Assembly (NCBI GenBank): GCA_046726415.1
Contig: JBKPAK010000020.1
Coordinates: forward strand, 1,995-65,994
DNA from: Candidatus Methylomirabilota bacterium
GTDB taxonomy: Bacteria; Methylomirabilota; Methylomirabilia; Rokubacteriales; CSP1-6
Reading direction: 5' to 3'
DNA: 64,000 nucleotides
Shown: positions 17,804 through 25,602 of the stretch, one piece after another
Layout of the letters: each line of letters begins with the position of its first letter
Position numbering within the stretch: the stretch's first letter is position 1
Notes under the pieces: generated by a model
What the model was told of the DNA's origin: nothing
The model's input: only the letters and a program-made list of their open reading frames with translations
Database searches by the model: none
Program-made: the position numbers and the translations under genes

Positions 17804-19141
17804 TTACCGCGCCGCGGCTTTGGCCCGGGCCTGCTCCTGGAGGTACCGCACCGACACGCGACTGACGGGGACATCCTCGGGCGCCATCCCGTCGGGGTTG
17901 CGGTACTCGAACGGGGCGTGGCGGCCGCCGAAGTGCTTGCTCACCACCAAGCGCCGCCACTGGATCACTTCGGCATCAGTCCCCGACAGCTTCTCGGGCG
18001 TGTCGTAGCGCTGATTGAGCATCACGCGCTCGTCCTGGCGCGAGAAGTTGTACTCGATGATCCACCGGTGCATGGCCGCGTAGAGAAACCGTTGCCAGAC
18101 ACTCGCGAGCGCGCTCTGGGGTCGGAGGTAGTGGTAGTACCACACCCGCGTCAGGTTCTCCTCGACGGGCACGCACATGCGGGTGTAGAGATCGTAGGCG
18201 AACTCGGCGCGGAACATGCCAGGGAGGTGGTGGCCGCTGCACCACCGCGAGGATCGCGGGGGCGGGATGTTGCGCCGCGCCCGCTCCGCGAGCGGCCGGA
18301 GCAGCCAGGTCCAGGCGCGGCGATAGTTGGTCTTCGGCCACCGCCAGCCGTTGGCATACACGTCGTACGAGGGGTTCCGGCGCAGGTAGTTGCTCTCGGA
18401 GACATCGCCGCCGAAGCCGTTGCCCACGTAGATGGGGTGCTCGCCCTGGGCCCCGCGCGCGATGAAGCCGGTGCGGGCCACCACAAGGGCGTTGCGGTGC
18501 ACGTAGTTCACATGAGAATCCATCGAGTTCTCGAGGGCCACTTCCCAGTTGCACCGCCAGTACACCTGGCCGGTGAGGACGAGGGCGTCCGCGTCGAAGA
18601 ACTCCTCGGGAACGTCCTCCTCGATGGGCGCGGGCTCCTCGTCGCCGATCCAGACGAACACCAGACCCTTCAGGGTGCGCGTCGGGTAGACCTTCGCCTC
18701 GGTGCCCGGCTTGCCGCACACGCCCGAGTCCGGACCTTCGGAGAGGACGGCCACGTTCTTCCCGGACTCGTCGTACACCCAGCCGTGGTACGGGCAGGCC
18801 ACCGTTCCGCGGTAGTGACAATCGCCCTCGCTGAGGCGCGCTCCCCGATGCGGGCACACGTCTTGGATGGCCGCGACGTCGCCGTTGGCCCCGCGGAAGA
18901 AGCAGATGTCCTCTCCCAGCATGGAGACCTTCACCGGCTTGCGCGACCCCACCGTGCGGGCGTTCAGCGCGGGGTACCAGTAGTTGCGCAGACCGAGCTT
19001 GGGTATGAAATGCCGGATGTCCCCACTCAGCTTGGGGATGCCGCCGTTGACCGGCCGCGGAGGCTCTTGACCGGCCACGCGGACGCGCGGGGCTCGCAGG
19101 GAGTCGTGGTTCAGCACGCCGGTCTCCTCGTGGGCGCTCAC
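17804..19141 (-). CDS. Rieske [2Fe-2S] non-haem-iron oxygenase, alpha-type subunit
   Basis: Rieske motif 'CPHRGARL...CPYHGW'; candidate mononuclear-iron region 'ENSMDSHVNYVHRN'. The start is set to GTG 19141, which overlaps the upstream stop (GTGA). Confidence 0.85.
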   Translation of the reverse strand: MSAHEETGVLNHDSLRAPRVRVAGQEPPRPVNGGIPKLSGDIRHFIPKLGLRNYWYPALNARTVGSRKPVKVSMLGEDICFFRGANGDVAAIQDVCPHRGARLSEGDCHYRGTVACPYHGWVYDESGKNVAVLSEGPDSGVCGKPGTEAKVYPTRTLKGLVFVWIGDEEPAPIEEDVPEEFFDADALVLTGQVYWRCNWEVALENSMDSHVNYVHRNALVVARTGFIARGAQGEHPIYVGNGFGGDVSESNYLRRNPSYDVYANGWRWPKTNYRRAWTWLLRPLAERARRNIPPPRSSRWCSGHHLPGMFRAEFAYDLYTRMCVPVEENLTRVWYYHYLRPQSALASVWQRFLYAAMHRWIIEYNFSRQDERVMLNQRYDTPEKLSGTDAEVIQWRRLVVSKHFGGRHAPFEYRNPDGMAPEDVPVSRVSVRYLQEQARAKAAAR

Positions 19142-20190
19142 GGCCTGAAAACCGCGAAGCACTTGTTGGAGTTGAACGACCACGTCTCGATGAATTCACA
19201 CGCATCGGGGGTGCGACCCAGCTCTTCCATGGCGCCGGCGAGCATGTACCAGTTGAGCATCTCCTGCTGGCCTGAGGCCTCGATGGCGGCGAGCGGCGTG
19301 GCGCGCCAGGTCGCGTAGTCGCCGATCCGGAGCGCCTCGTAGAGCCGCCGGTCCGACTCGATGTCGGGGTAGAGCTGGTGGTTCTTGTCCGTGAGGAAGG
19401 CGTGCGACCAGCTCGACGACGCGATCAAAGCCGTGCGCCAGGGACTGTCGCGCATGGCCCGGACCGTCGCCGCCCCGACCTCCATGCACCGTTTCGGCGT
19501 GGGCGACGGCGGGTCCAGATCGGCCTCGGCGAGTGGACGGGAAAGACTACCGCGACCGCCTCGCTGGGAGATGACCCGCCGGCCGTAGCAGTTCACCTGG
19601 AAGGCAAGCACGGGGTAGGGAAACCCGACCCGGTCGTAGTCCAGGTACAGGATCGTGTTGAGGAAGGCGTGCGCCAGCCCGGTGTGATGCAATGGCTGGT
19701 AGGCGTATGCCATGTCGACGCCCGCCTCGAGCAGCTGCCGCGCGAGGTACTTCCCGGCTTCCCGGTGTCCGGCGATACGGAAGACTGTGTCTGGCCCTTC
19801 GCCCCAGATGTTGGCGGCGGCATCGCGCTGACGGTGCCGCGCCTCGATCCGGTCGTAGGCGAGGATGCAGAAGGGCGGGATGATGTCCTCCGTAAAGTTC
19901 TCGTGCTGATCGTCGCCCCAGATCACCACGACATCCGGGCGGAACTCGTCGAGGATCTTGCGGGCATCGCGGAAGTGGGAGACGAGACTCTGGCGATGCA
20001 CGGCGGCGGACGCGGTGCCGCCATCCTCCCCGTACTCGCGGCGCATGGGCTCCGGCCAATTGGCGGAGTCCCGGTAGCGCTCCGGCAGGCCCGGATCCCG
20101 GAGTACGGTGCGCAGGATGCCGGCCATGTCCGTGTCCGCTCCGATGAGCGGCGGATAGTGGGTGACGCCCAGTCCGAGGATTTCGCCCAT
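19138..20190 (-). CDS. Extradiol ring-cleavage dioxygenase, class III (LigB family)
   Basis: 'ILGLGVTHYPPL', 'VVVIWGDDQHENF' and 'SSSWSHAFL' resemble the LigB/gallate-dioxygenase-type His/Glu metal-site pattern. This is a family-level call made by eye only. Confidence 0.7.
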   Translation of the reverse strand: MGEILGLGVTHYPPLIGADTDMAGILRTVLRDPGLPERYRDSANWPEPMRREYGEDGGTASAAVHRQSLVSHFRDARKILDEFRPDVVVIWGDDQHENFTEDIIPPFCILAYDRIEARHRQRDAAANIWGEGPDTVFRIAGHREAGKYLARQLLEAGVDMAYAYQPLHHTGLAHAFLNTILYLDYDRVGFPYPVLAFQVNCYGRRVISQRGGRGSLSRPLAEADLDPPSPTPKRCMEVGAATVRAMRDSPWRTALIASSSWSHAFLTDKNHQLYPDIESDRRLYEALRIGDYATWRATPLAAIEASGQQEMLNWYMLAGAMEELGRTPDACEFIETWSFNSNKCFAVFRP

Positions 20191-20386
20191 GCTGAGTCCC
20201 TCCCTGCGCTCGCCAACGCGTTGCCGCCGCCCCGGTGAGTTGGCGGCAGGGCTCCGCGCAAGCGCTTGCTCGGACCATAGCCAGCCGAAGCCGAGTTGTC
20301 AAAGGTCAGGTTGGCGCGTGCTGGTTGGCTCGGGAAGGGTCTAGAATCCGGAGGGCGGACCTCGTCTTCGAACCCGGAGGGCATCC

Positions 20387-21622
20387 ATGGGAGCATATCG
20401 GCGCATCAACGTCGCCTCGGGCAGACCTCTGGAGAAGCTGGCGCACTACTCGCGGGCCCTGAGGGCCGGCGACACCGTTCTGCAGTCGGGCACGACAGCC
20501 ATCGATCGGCAGGGCAACGTCCACGGCGTTGGAGACGTGGCCAAGCAGGTCGACGCCATCATGCGCATCGCCGAGTGGAGCATGGGCAAAGCGGACGGTC
20601 GGCTCGCGGACGTCGTGAGGAGTCGCATCTACGTGACCGACATCTCCCTGGCCGACCAGGCGGCCCGCGCCCTGGCGAACTACTTCCGGGACGCGCGGCC
20701 GGTCTCCACCCTGGTGCAGGTGAACCGCCTGGCCCGGCCCGAGCAGCTCATCGAGATCGAGTTCGACGCCGTGGACGGCGCCGGGGGGAAGGCGCAGCGC
20801 ATCTCATCGGGACGGACCATCGAGGATGAGTATGCCTACTCCCGCGGGGTACGGGTGGGGGATCGCGTCTTCATCGCCGGCACCACCGCGCTGAGCCCGC
20901 GGGGCATCGTCGAAGGGCCCGGTGACATGTATCGGCAGACTCGCGCGACGATGGAAACGATCCTCTGGGCGCTGGCCCAGGCCGGCGGCACGCCCGGCGA
21001 TGTCGTCTATACGAAGACGTTCTTGACCGATCTCAGCAAGGCGCCCGACTACACCCGAGCCTGGCTGGAAGCGCTGGGCGACGTCCGCCCCACGTCGACG
21101 TTGCTCGGCATCCCTGGCCTGGTGCGCCCTGAGATGCTCATCGAGATCGAGGCGGAAGCGATCATCGGTGCTGGCGGGTCGCGTCGGGACATCTACACAG
21201 AGCGCCAGCGGGAGAAGCCGCGCGGCTACGCCCGCGCGGTAGAGGTCGGCGACCGAGTCTACGTGAGCGGCTGTACCTCGTTGAACCCGGCGGGGGAGGT
21301 CGAGGCCCCGGGCGACTGGGCAGCTCAATCCGATGCGGCCCACAGGGCCATCCAGTGGGCGCTGGCGCAGACCGGCGCCACGCTCGACGACGTGATCCGG
21401 CGGCGAACCTTCACCGTGGAAACCGCCGAAGTGAACCGACCCCACGGAGAAGGGCCGGCGTGGTTTGCCAGGAGCCATCCGGTGTCCCTTGGGTGTCGCA
21501 CCGCTGGCCTGGCCCGTCCGGAGCTCCTCGTCGAGGTCGAGGTCGCTGCCCTCAAAGGCGCCGGCGCCGGCATCGAATGGATCCCGCCCGACGACATTGA
21601 CCCGCTCGAGAGAATCACCTGA
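20387..21622 (+). CDS. Triple-domain RidA/YjgF/YER057c family protein (three tandem Rid domains in one chain)
   Basis: 411 aa split into three ~135-aa units. Each unit has a '..Y(S/A)R(A/G)(L/V)..GD.V...G' start and a '(R/H)P..(S/T)....L..PE.L(I/V)E(I/V)E..A..GAG' end. ATG is preceded by GGAGGG. Confidence 0.8.
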   Translation: MGAYRRINVASGRPLEKLAHYSRALRAGDTVLQSGTTAIDRQGNVHGVGDVAKQVDAIMRIAEWSMGKADGRLADVVRSRIYVTDISLADQAARALANYFRDARPVSTLVQVNRLARPEQLIEIEFDAVDGAGGKAQRISSGRTIEDEYAYSRGVRVGDRVFIAGTTALSPRGIVEGPGDMYRQTRATMETILWALAQAGGTPGDVVYTKTFLTDLSKAPDYTRAWLEALGDVRPTSTLLGIPGLVRPEMLIEIEAEAIIGAGGSRRDIYTERQREKPRGYARAVEVGDRVYVSGCTSLNPAGEVEAPGDWAAQSDAAHRAIQWALAQTGATLDDVIRRRTFTVETAEVNRPHGEGPAWFARSHPVSLGCRTAGLARPELLVEVEVAALKGAGAGIEWIPPDDIDPLERIT

Positions 21623-21700
21623 GCCGGACAGCGATCTCGAATGACGGACGATGAAGGACCTTCAGAACCCTGCGCAGCGTCGGAGGGATGAAGAGACGGT

Positions 21701-21810
21701 TCGAACGCGATCACGCACCTCCATACGCGGGGCAGAATCGAGGGGCGGCCCGGCTCCGCCGGGCTGGCCCGAGCGGTGGGGGGTTTGGGGGGCCCTTTCG
21801 GGGCCCCCCA
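21701..21810 (-). repeat. Intergenic repeat element, copy 2 (inverted relative to copy 1), including a GC hairpin
   Basis: The reverse complement reads 'TGGGGGGCCCCGAAAGGGCCCCCCAAACCCCCCACCGCTCGGGCCAGCCCGGCGGAGCCGGGCCGCCCCTCGATTCTGCC...TCGAA' and aligns with 5508-5625. The hairpin GGGGGGCCC(21787-21795)/GGGCCCCCC(21801-21809) begins 2 nt after the P450 TAA stop. Confidence 0.7.
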
Positions 21811-22998
21811 TTAAAAACAGACGGGCAGGGTGCTCAGTCCGCGCAAGGTCAGGCTTTCGCGGTACTCCGGCTTGTCGGTGGCCAGTGCGAGTTTCGGCAA
21901 CCGCCGCACGAGTGTGTTGAGCGCGATCTGACCCTCCAGGCGCGCGAGGGGCGCGCCCAGACAGAAGTGGATCCCCCACCCGAAGGCGATGTGGCGGTTG
22001 TCGGTGCGCGCGATGTCGAGGCGGTCGGGATCGGGAAACTGCGCGGGGTCGCGGTCGGCCGCGCCGATGAACGGCATCACCAGCTCGCCCTTGGCGATCG
22101 TCCGACCGGCGATCGCCACGTCCTCGCCAGAGACGCGCGCCGTGCGCTGCACCGGGCCGTCGTACCGGAAGAGCTCCTCCACCGCGCTGGCGATGAGCCC
22201 GGGGTCCTTGCGCAGCCGGCGGAGCTGGTCGCGATGGCGGAGCAGCGCCAGAGTCCCGTTGCCGATGAGATTCACGGTCGTCTCGTGCCCAGCCACGAGC
22301 AAGAGGATGCACGTGGCGAGCAACTCGTCCTCGCGGAGCCGGTCGCCGACCTCCTCGGCGGCGATGAGCCCCGAGAGGAGGTCGGCGCGCGGTGAAGCCC
22401 GCCGCTCGGCAATCAGCTCGCGGAAGTAAGCAGTGAGAGCGCTGCGAGCGGCGTCGCTCCGTCGCGCCACATCCGAGTCGGGCGGCAGCAGGATCGAGTC
22501 GAGTCCCCGCGCGATGTCGAGGCCCCACTGCTTGAAACGCTCGTGATCTTCGAAGGGGACGCCGAGCATTTCGCAGATGACGATCACGGGGAGGGGGTAG
22601 GCGAAGTCCTCGATCAGATCCATCGCGTTGGCCCCCGCGACGCGGTCGAGGAGGCTGTCGACGATCTTCTGAATGTGGGGTCGCAGCGCCTCCACGACGC
22701 GGGGAGTGAACGCCTTGCTGACGAGACTGCGCAGCCGCGTGTGGTCCGGCGGATCGCGGTCCAGCATCGACAGTGGCGCCGCCGGCGCGCGACCGAGGCG
22801 GGCGGCCACCACGGCAGCGATCGCCTCCTTGGCGAAGCGCGGATCGCGCAGCACTGCCACCACGTCCTCGTACCGCGTGAGGACCCAGAAACCGAGCGGA
22901 CTGTGATGAACAGGATCCTCGGCGCGCAGCCGATGGTAGGTCGGATAGGGATCCGCGACGAAAGCCGGATCCATCGGATTGAAAGCGACACGGCCCAT
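21811..22998 (-). CDS. Cytochrome P450
   Basis: Haem-binding loop 'FGWGIHFCLGAPLA' (FxxGxHxCxG), I-helix 'LLVAGHETT', K-helix 'EELFRY' (ExxR). ATG is preceded by GAGGAGG. Confidence 0.92.
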   Translation of the reverse strand: MGRVAFNPMDPAFVADPYPTYHRLRAEDPVHHSPLGFWVLTRYEDVVAVLRDPRFAKEAIAAVVAARLGRAPAAPLSMLDRDPPDHTRLRSLVSKAFTPRVVEALRPHIQKIVDSLLDRVAGANAMDLIEDFAYPLPVIVICEMLGVPFEDHERFKQWGLDIARGLDSILLPPDSDVARRSDAARSALTAYFRELIAERRASPRADLLSGLIAAEEVGDRLREDELLATCILLLVAGHETTVNLIGNGTLALLRHRDQLRRLRKDPGLIASAVEELFRYDGPVQRTARVSGEDVAIAGRTIAKGELVMPFIGAADRDPAQFPDPDRLDIARTDNRHIAFGWGIHFCLGAPLARLEGQIALNTLVRRLPKLALATDKPEYRESLTLRGLSTLPVCF

Positions 22999-23377
22999 CC
23001 ACCGGCCTCCTCGAGCACGTCGCTTCGCTCACTATACAGCGCGCCGGCGGGTGCCGTCGGTTTGCACTGGACGGACCGTCTTAACCGGTCTAGCGTACGG
23101 GGCGAGCAAACAAAGCGGCCTCATCGAGGCGATGGGGCACGACCACGGCAACGTGCACCAGGAAGTGTGAACGCAAGGGCGACCGGCTCGTCAACACGAC
23201 GATCAAGACCTATTCAGAACGTGAGCCAGTTCAGGACCTATGACGAAAAGTAGTTCCTCGCAGCGCCCGTCCACGCTCGCGACTATCCGCCGTTGAAGAG
23301 CTGAGGTCGAGCCCGGGCGGCGGCCTTGCCGCGGCAATCCTCGCCTGGGGGACGTCGGCCGGTGGCAGTCCAGCTCC

Positions 23378-23625
23378 CTTCTGGTGAGGGGAACCCTGCT
23401 CGGTCCCGTCGCCGGCGCCGCGCTGGTCGTCATCATGAAGAACGTGGCGAGCGCCTACATCGAGCGCTGGAACTTGTCCTCGGCGCCATCTTCATGGTCA
23501 TCGTGGTGTTCATGCCCGAAGGGCTCGTGCCGGGCACCGTGCGCCTCGCCCGCTGGGCGACGGCGGCGCTGCGGCCACGAATCACACCGCCCACGGAGCG
23601 GGCCAGAACCACACACGGAGCGTGA
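23378..23625 (+). pseudogene. Remnant of a LivM-like branched-chain amino-acid ABC permease (C-terminal ~80 codons, frameshifted)
   Basis: 'RGTLLGPVAGAALVVIMKNVASAYIERWNL' lies in one frame and continues as 'VLGAIFMVIVVFMPEGLVPG' in another frame after a 1-nt shift near 23470-23480. This resembles the conserved LivM C-terminus. No upstream part of the gene is present. Confidence 0.5.
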
Positions 23626-24331
23626 TGGTTGCCCGCGCGGCGACGGTGCCCTGGTACCCCGGGGGAAGCGGCAGGGGGATCAACGTCCACTCCTCCGGCC
23701 GTCCCAGACCGGGATCGGCCGACAGGATTGCCGCGTGCCCAGGGTCGACCGATACGACGAAGCTCGCCAGAGGAAGGGCCATGCCGTCGCCGGTGGCCTT
23801 GATCACCGCTTCCTTACGCGTCCAGCAGGTGAAGAAGGCGGCGCGAGCCAGGGGCGGTGGCACCGCGGCCAGGCTCCGGACCTCGTCCCTGGCGAAGAAT
23901 CGCGCCGCGATGTGCGCGTAGTCCACATCCTCGCGCATGTACTCGACGTCGATTCCGACTTCCTGGTCCAGCGTGACTGCGCAGACCATCAGGTCATTCG
24001 AGTGGGCGACATTGAAGCGAAGCCGCCCACGGCTGTCGTCGTCGAGCCGTGGCTTTCCGCCCGCCGCCACGCTGAAGCGGACACCCTCCGGAGACCGTCC
24101 GCACAGCGGACCGAGGAGTTGCCGCAGCCGGCCCCGCCCCACGACAAAGCGATCTCTGGCGCGCTCGGAGATGAGGCGGTCGGCACGGCCGCGCTCGTCC
24201 GGCGACAGGTACCCCCTCATTGCGTCGATCTCGTCACGCGAGAGGTCGAGCCGGCACAGCACGACATCGACGAAGGATGGGGCAACCCGGGGTCCGACCG
24301 CCCCCTCACGCTTCGGTCGTGGTGTCGTCAC
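23582..24331 (-). CDS. 4'-phosphopantetheinyl transferase, Sfp type (orphan copy)
   Basis: 'GGKPRL', 'FNVAHSNDL', 'GIDVEYM', 'FFTCWTRKEAVIKATG'. The start codon is uncertain (GTG 24331). Confidence 0.85.
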   Translation of the reverse strand: MTTPRPKREGAVGPRVAPSFVDVVLCRLDLSRDEIDAMRGYLSPDERGRADRLISERARDRFVVGRGRLRQLLGPLCGRSPEGVRFSVAAGGKPRLDDDSRGRLRFNVAHSNDLMVCAVTLDQEVGIDVEYMREDVDYAHIAARFFARDEVRSLAAVPPPLARAAFFTCWTRKEAVIKATGDGMALPLASFVVSVDPGHAAILSADPGLGRPEEWTLIPLPLPPGYQGTVAARATITLRVWFWPAPWAV

Positions 24332-24464
24332 ATGAGGTCACGGGCCTCACATTTCGCCGTCGCTCGCGCGGCGCCGCGTTCGGTTTGCTGTCAGGCGTCT
24401 CCCTGGCTGGTTTACCATGGCTTCCCAACAACCTGGAGCGCGCTCCACGCATGGGAGATTCGGC

Positions 24465-25598
24465 ATGAGTCGATCCCACGTCATCGTGCTTGGTGCCGGA
24501 GTCGTCGGCGCTAACGTCGCCTATCGCCTCGCGGCCGAGGGAGCGCGTGTCACCGTGGTGGACGCCGCGGCACCTGGCCGCGGAACCTCGGGGGCGAGCT
24601 TCGCCTGGGTCAACTCGTTCAACAAGGAGCCCCGCGCATACCACGAGCTCAACGTCGCCAGCCTGGACGAGTATCCGGCGCTGGCGGACGAGCTGGGGGG
24701 CGATTGGTTCAAGCGCGTCGGCAATCTCCACTGGGAGGAGGAGCCGGACGCGGTCGCTCGCCTGGGCCAGACGGTTGAGCGCCTGCGCGACTGGTCGTAT
24801 CCAGTCGAGCGGCTCACGCGCAAGGAGGCCCTCGCGCTCGAACCTGATCTCGTCATCGCGCCGCAGATCGACGATGTCGTATTCACGCCCGGGGAGGGCT
24901 ACGTGGAAGTCGTTCCGCTCGTCGCGGCCCTGATCGCAGGGGCTTGCCGCCTGGGCGCCTCGGTGCTTTCGGGACGTCGTGTCACCGCCATCGTTCGCGC
25001 GGGCCACCGCGTACGTGGGATCGAGATCGCGGGCGGCGAACGTCTCGAGGGCGACGTCGTGGTCGACTGTGCAGGCCCCGCCGCGGGGGAGATCGCACGG
25101 TACGCCGGCCTCGAGATTCCCGTGGGCGGCGAGCCAGGTCGGCTGGTGTACACGGCGCCCGTGGCCACGACCTTGCGCCGGGTCGTACACGCTCCCGGCG
25201 CGTACTTTCGCCCCGATGGGGCCGGGCGCATCGTGCTCGCCGAGAAGGTGCACGACGCCGTGGTGGAGGGAGCTCCGGCCGAGCCGATCTCCGGCTGGGG
25301 GCCGGCCGACTCGGTGGCCACCGCGGCCCGGCACCTTCCCCCTCTCGGAGTGGCCCGCGTCGAGGCAGTGCGCGTCGGGGTGCGCCCGATGCCGAAGGAT
25401 CGATTGCCGATCGTGGGCGCGGTGCCCGATCTGGAGGGCTTCTACGTCGTCGTGTCCCATAGCGGCGTGACCCTCGGACCGCTGTGGGGTCGAATCGCGG
25501 CGGCCGAGCTGATCCACGGCGCGGCCGACTTGCGCCTGGCCCTGTTCCGTCCCTCCCGATTCGCGGGCCACTCGAGCCAGACCAGCCAGCCGCGATGA
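24465..25598 (+). CDS. FAD-dependent oxidoreductase (DAO / glycine-D-amino-acid oxidase family)
   Basis: N-terminal 'HVIVLGAGVVGANVAYRLAAEGARVTVVD' (GxGxxG) with 'GTSGASFAWV'. Length is ~377 aa. The start is trimmed to ATG 24465. Confidence 0.85.
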   Translation: MSRSHVIVLGAGVVGANVAYRLAAEGARVTVVDAAAPGRGTSGASFAWVNSFNKEPRAYHELNVASLDEYPALADELGGDWFKRVGNLHWEEEPDAVARLGQTVERLRDWSYPVERLTRKEALALEPDLVIAPQIDDVVFTPGEGYVEVVPLVAALIAGACRLGASVLSGRRVTAIVRAGHRVRGIEIAGGERLEGDVVVDCAGPAAGEIARYAGLEIPVGGEPGRLVYTAPVATTLRRVVHAPGAYFRPDGAGRIVLAEKVHDAVVEGAPAEPISGWGPADSVATAARHLPPLGVARVEAVRVGVRPMPKDRLPIVGAVPDLEGFYVVVSHSGVTLGPLWGRIAAAELIHGAADLRLALFRPSRFAGHSSQTSQPR

Positions 25599-25602
25599 AC
25601 CG

